DNA of 18,246 nucleotides from the UHGV virus genome UHGV-0188933. One strand, 5' to 3'. The notes beneath the pieces were generated by a model. The model was given only the letters and a program-made list of their open reading frames with translations, did not search any database and had not been told where the DNA came from. The position numbers and the translations under genes were made by a program. The stretch is from a virus. The number at the start of each line of letters is the position of its first letter. Within the stretch, counting starts at the first letter, position 1. Below are positions 15,534 through 18,246 of this stretch, piece after piece.

Positions 15534-16210
15534 GCAAATACACCGAACTGATCACTAACTACCACGCTACCAAGCCACTCTTTTTTGACCATATAGATCT
15601 GAGCACCTGCCCGCTGATTGATGTGTCCAGCACTATGTCAGGGCTTATAACAGCCTTCGATATCGATACTGCTGTCGGTGTACAGCTCGACATCCTCGGT
15701 CTGTGGATCGGACGCAGTCGCATAGTCAGCCAGCCAATTAGCGGAGTTTATTTCAGCTTGGACACTGACGGGCTTGGGTATGACCAGGGCATCTGGCAAG
15801 GGCCATATGATCCTGATTCTGGCTATACGACGCTAAGCGATGAGACGTACCGCATCATTCTGAAAGCGAAAATCGCTATCAACAACTGGGACGGTCGGAA
15901 CGACTCTCTGCCTCCCATCCTTGACGCTGCTACCGCAGGCTCAGGCCTGAGGATGCAGATCGTCGACAACCAGGACATGACGATTTCGGTCTGGGTTTTC
16001 CCTGAAACTGATATTTCTGATGTGTCTCTCGAACTGATCGCCGCTATCAAACAGGGCTATCTCACCGTTAAATCAGCTGGCGTATGGGCCGGTGATGTTG
16101 AAACGCCTTCGGTAGAAACACCGTCAGAAGGCTCTAAATTCTTTGGGTTTGATATGGATAACGAATACATCGGCGGGTTCGATGTTGGAGCATGGGGGAC
16201 AATACTCTAA
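15530..16210 (+). CDS. tail protein, Mu gp48 / YmfQ (DUF2313) family
   Basis: 226 aa, coupled upstream of the tail fibre gene, as in Mu-like and e14-like baseplate modules. Confidence 0.65.
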   Translation: MSKYTELITNYHATKPLFFDHIDLSTCPLIDVSSTMSGLITAFDIDTAVGVQLDILGLWIGRSRIVSQPISGVYFSLDTDGLGYDQGIWQGPYDPDSGYTTLSDETYRIILKAKIAINNWDGRNDSLPPILDAATAGSGLRMQIVDNQDMTISVWVFPETDISDVSLELIAAIKQGYLTVKSAGVWAGDVETPSVETPSEGSKFFGFDMDNEYIGGFDVGAWGTIL

Positions 16211-17076
16211 TGGCAATAAACAACTTTAAACCTTTCGCGCTTGATCCGAACGCTAACGTCACCTCACAAGCTGACTGGGAAGCACTTCCGGCTCTGCTTT
16301 CAGGGTTTACGGCAGGTAAAGCATCCAGCGCACAGGTCAACAAAGCTATTCGGCAAGCCAGCTTTATCGCGGCAGCGTTGGCGCAGTACACCGCCAACAA
16401 AAGCGGGCTGGATGTGCTTGATGATGGAGACCTGAACGGGTTTATATCCAAAATGGGGACCGCTTTCGGGAAAGATTTCCAGGCGCTTGATGCCACGCTG
16501 TCGGCATTAGCTGGGCTCGCAACAGGTGCAAATAAACTCCCATATTTCACTGGAAATGATACAGCAGCGCAGACTGATTTAACTTCTGTTGGCCGTGACA
16601 TTATTGGGAAAAATACTATTGCTGATATTCTCACATACCTTGGTTTGGGAGAAGGCTCAGCATTACCTGTTGGGGTGCCTGTTCCGTGGCCTTCAGCCAC
16701 TCCGCCAACAGGCTGGTTGAAATGCAATGGTGCGGCTTTTTCTGCTGAAGAATATCCGGAACTAGCAAAGGCTTATCCGACAAATAAATTGCCTGATTTA
16801 CGTGGTGAGTTTATTCGTGGCTGGGATGACGGGCGCGGTGTGGATAATGGCCGCGGTTTACTGTCTACTCAGAACGATGAGTTTAAATCCCACAGCCATA
16901 ACTTTGATCGCACATGGGGGTTAAGCGCCTTTGATCCTACTGGGGGCTATGACCTTGTTTCAGCAGATGCAAGCGGGAAAGTAGTAAATTTCGATACTCG
17001 ACCAACCGTCGAAGTGGGCGGCTCAGAAACCCGTCCGCGCAACATTGCATTCAACTACATTGTAAGGGCGGTATAA
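16210..17076 (+). CDS. short tail fibre protein with C-terminal phage tail collar domain
   Basis: C-terminal PVPWPSATPPTGWLKCNGAAFSAEEYPELAKAY...LPDLRGEFIRGWDDGRGVDNGRGLLSTQNDEFKSHSH is a tail-collar pattern. ATG 16210 overlaps the upstream TAA (track ORF begins at in-frame ATG 16192). Confidence 0.8.
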   Translation: MAINNFKPFALDPNANVTSQADWEALPALLSGFTAGKASSAQVNKAIRQASFIAAALAQYTANKSGLDVLDDGDLNGFISKMGTAFGKDFQALDATLSALAGLATGANKLPYFTGNDTAAQTDLTSVGRDIIGKNTIADILTYLGLGEGSALPVGVPVPWPSATPPTGWLKCNGAAFSAEEYPELAKAYPTNKLPDLRGEFIRGWDDGRGVDNGRGLLSTQNDEFKSHSHNFDRTWGLSAFDPTGGYDLVSADASGKVVNFDTRPTVEVGGSETRPRNIAFNYIVRAV

Positions 17077-17684
17077 TGACCACAAAAGAAATCAACCTGG
17101 ATGAAAACGGGTTCGCCACGGAATCTGGGGTTATCACTGTTTATAATTACGATGGCGTGACGCGTGAATATATCGGTTTATCTGTTGAATATCTTCCCGT
17201 TGGCGTTGGTGTTCCAGGCAATTCGTGCGTGGATGCGCCAATCAGCAAAAAGGACGGCTTTGCTGTTTGCCGGACGGCTGATTTGACCGGTTGGGAATAT
17301 GTTGCAGACCATCGCGGCGAAACCGTTTACAGCACGGAAACTGGAGAACCTGTGGCAGTTTCACAGTTGGGAGAATACCCGGAAGGAACCACCACCAAAG
17401 CACCTGATACGCCATACGACAAATGGGATGGCCAAAAATGGGTGACGGATGCCGATGCACAGCATAGTGCCGCACTAGACGCGGCAGAAGTAAAGCGCCA
17501 GTCACTGATTGATGCAGCAATGGCTTCCATTAGTCTGATTCAGCTGAAATTACGGGCCGGACGGAATCTGACGCAGGCAGAAACCGCCCGACTTAACGCT
17601 GCGCTGGATTACATTGACGCGGTGACGGCAACAGATACCAGCACCGCGCCGGATGTCATCTGGCCTGAACTGCCGGAGGCGTAG
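17076..17684 (+). CDS. tail fibre assembly chaperone (Tfa)
   Basis: 202 aa ending ...TATDTSTAPDVIWPELPEA, a typical Tfa C-terminus, directly downstream of the fibre gene. Confidence 0.8.
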   Translation: MTTKEINLDENGFATESGVITVYNYDGVTREYIGLSVEYLPVGVGVPGNSCVDAPISKKDGFAVCRTADLTGWEYVADHRGETVYSTETGEPVAVSQLGEYPEGTTTKAPDTPYDKWDGQKWVTDADAQHSAALDAAEVKRQSLIDAAMASISLIQLKLRAGRNLTQAETARLNAALDYIDAVTATDTSTAPDVIWPELPEA

Positions 17685-17739
17685 GCCATTCAATATCTGG
17701 CGCACCGGAAGTATCGACCAGCTCCAGTGCGTCCAGTTG
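17656..17739 (-). pseudogene. vestige of a second, oppositely oriented tail fibre assembly gene (C-terminal ~27 codons)
   Basis: Complement frame reads QLDALELVDTSGAPDIEWPTPPAVQAR*, parallel to the + strand Tfa end LDYIDAVTATDTSTAPDVIWPELPEA*. Frame has no Met and is closed at 17899-17901. Confidence 0.5.
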
Positions 17740-18112
17740 ACATCCTCCACGCCCTGAAGGACGGGGTTTTACGGCGCACCGGATAAATCCAAATGGAGTT
17801 TCGGGAGATAAATGAAACCGTAGCACGTCGTATGCAAGAACGTGCCACGGCTGGCTGGCGAACTTTCGATAGTGCGAGTATTGAATGATTTCCAGCCGTT
17901 ACCGATTTTACTATGTTTTCAGTAGAACGCTTAGACAAAACTTAGGCGCACAAAGCTTTGCACTGGATTGCAAGACTTTGTTCTATTCGATATGGGTTAA
18001 GGTGGATCACTCCACCTTTTCATCAAGCCAGTCCGCCCACCATTGCATCATTTCTCTGCGCTTATCGAGATACTGAGCATGGTTGTAAATTCAGCAAACG
18101 ACGTAATGTGTT

Positions 18113-18155
18113 TGACAAAAAATTAGCGCAAGAAGACAAAAAATCACCTTGCGCT
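18113..18155 (-). terminator. minus-strand terminator-like hairpin near the right edge
   Basis: agcgcaag / cttgcgct 8-bp stem (15-nt loop); on the minus strand it is followed by aattttttgtca. Confidence 0.4.
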
Positions 18156-18246
18156 AATGCTCTGTTACAGGTCACTAATACTATCTAAGTAGTTGATTCA
18201 TAGTGACTGGATATGTTGTGTTTTGTAGCATCATGTAGTCTATTTT

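Noticed and set aside
17783-17815. Possible Gin/Hin-type recombination (gix/hix-like) site, ggataaatccaaatggagtttcgggagataaat
   Set aside because: Only a partial match to the half-site (ATCCAAA) with poor dyad symmetry, and no invertase gene is present; not sufficient to call.
17690-17938. 82-aa minus-strand ORF downstream of tfa
   Set aside because: No recognisable similarity to anything, Arg-rich low-complexity composition; the real signal here (the tfa vestige) is in a different minus frame with no start codon.
17885-18188. Short + strand ORFs at the right edge (17885-18076, 17958-18188)
   Set aside because: No ribosome-binding sites or recognisable motifs; the region looks like noncoding remnant sequence.

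Overview
This window reads as a decayed lambdoid prophage with a Mu-like baseplate/tail-fibre module, in an enterobacterial-type genome. All calls are from reading the sequence and ORF track by eye; no searches were run. Left to right: (1) a lambda-type tyrosine integrase fragment on the minus strand at the left edge, abutting (2) an O-like replication gene that appears 5'-truncated and carries an internal iteron origin; (3) a DnaB-family helicase cut short by an in-frame TAG; (4) an Rha/KilAC antirepressor; (5) nin-region genes (YbcO-like, rusA, ninH) and a Q-like antiterminator; (6) a tRNA-Asn-like element and an HNH endonuclease with an in-frame TAG; (7) a lambda-like lysis cassette (S holin with dual start, GH24 lysozyme, Rz with embedded Rz1); (8) a KilA-N protein; (9) a 51-codon terminase small-subunit stub joined directly to the C-terminal part of a tape measure protein, so head, portal, large terminase and tail shaft genes are absent; (10) baseplate hub, spike (gpV-like), gp46-like, gpJ-like and gp48-like genes, a short tail fibre with collar domain, a Tfa chaperone, and a vestige of an opposite-strand tfa. 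No repressor/immunity region is present. Three genes carry in-frame stops (TAG, TAG, TGA), consistent with a cryptic, non-inducible element. The best candidate for something new is an AT-rich two-gene cargo island (11813-13230) inside the baseplate operon: a 296-aa protein with a signal-peptide-like N-terminus that shares a 17-residue motif with the tape measure protein, convergent with a small DUF4236-like membrane protein. I cannot assign it a function.
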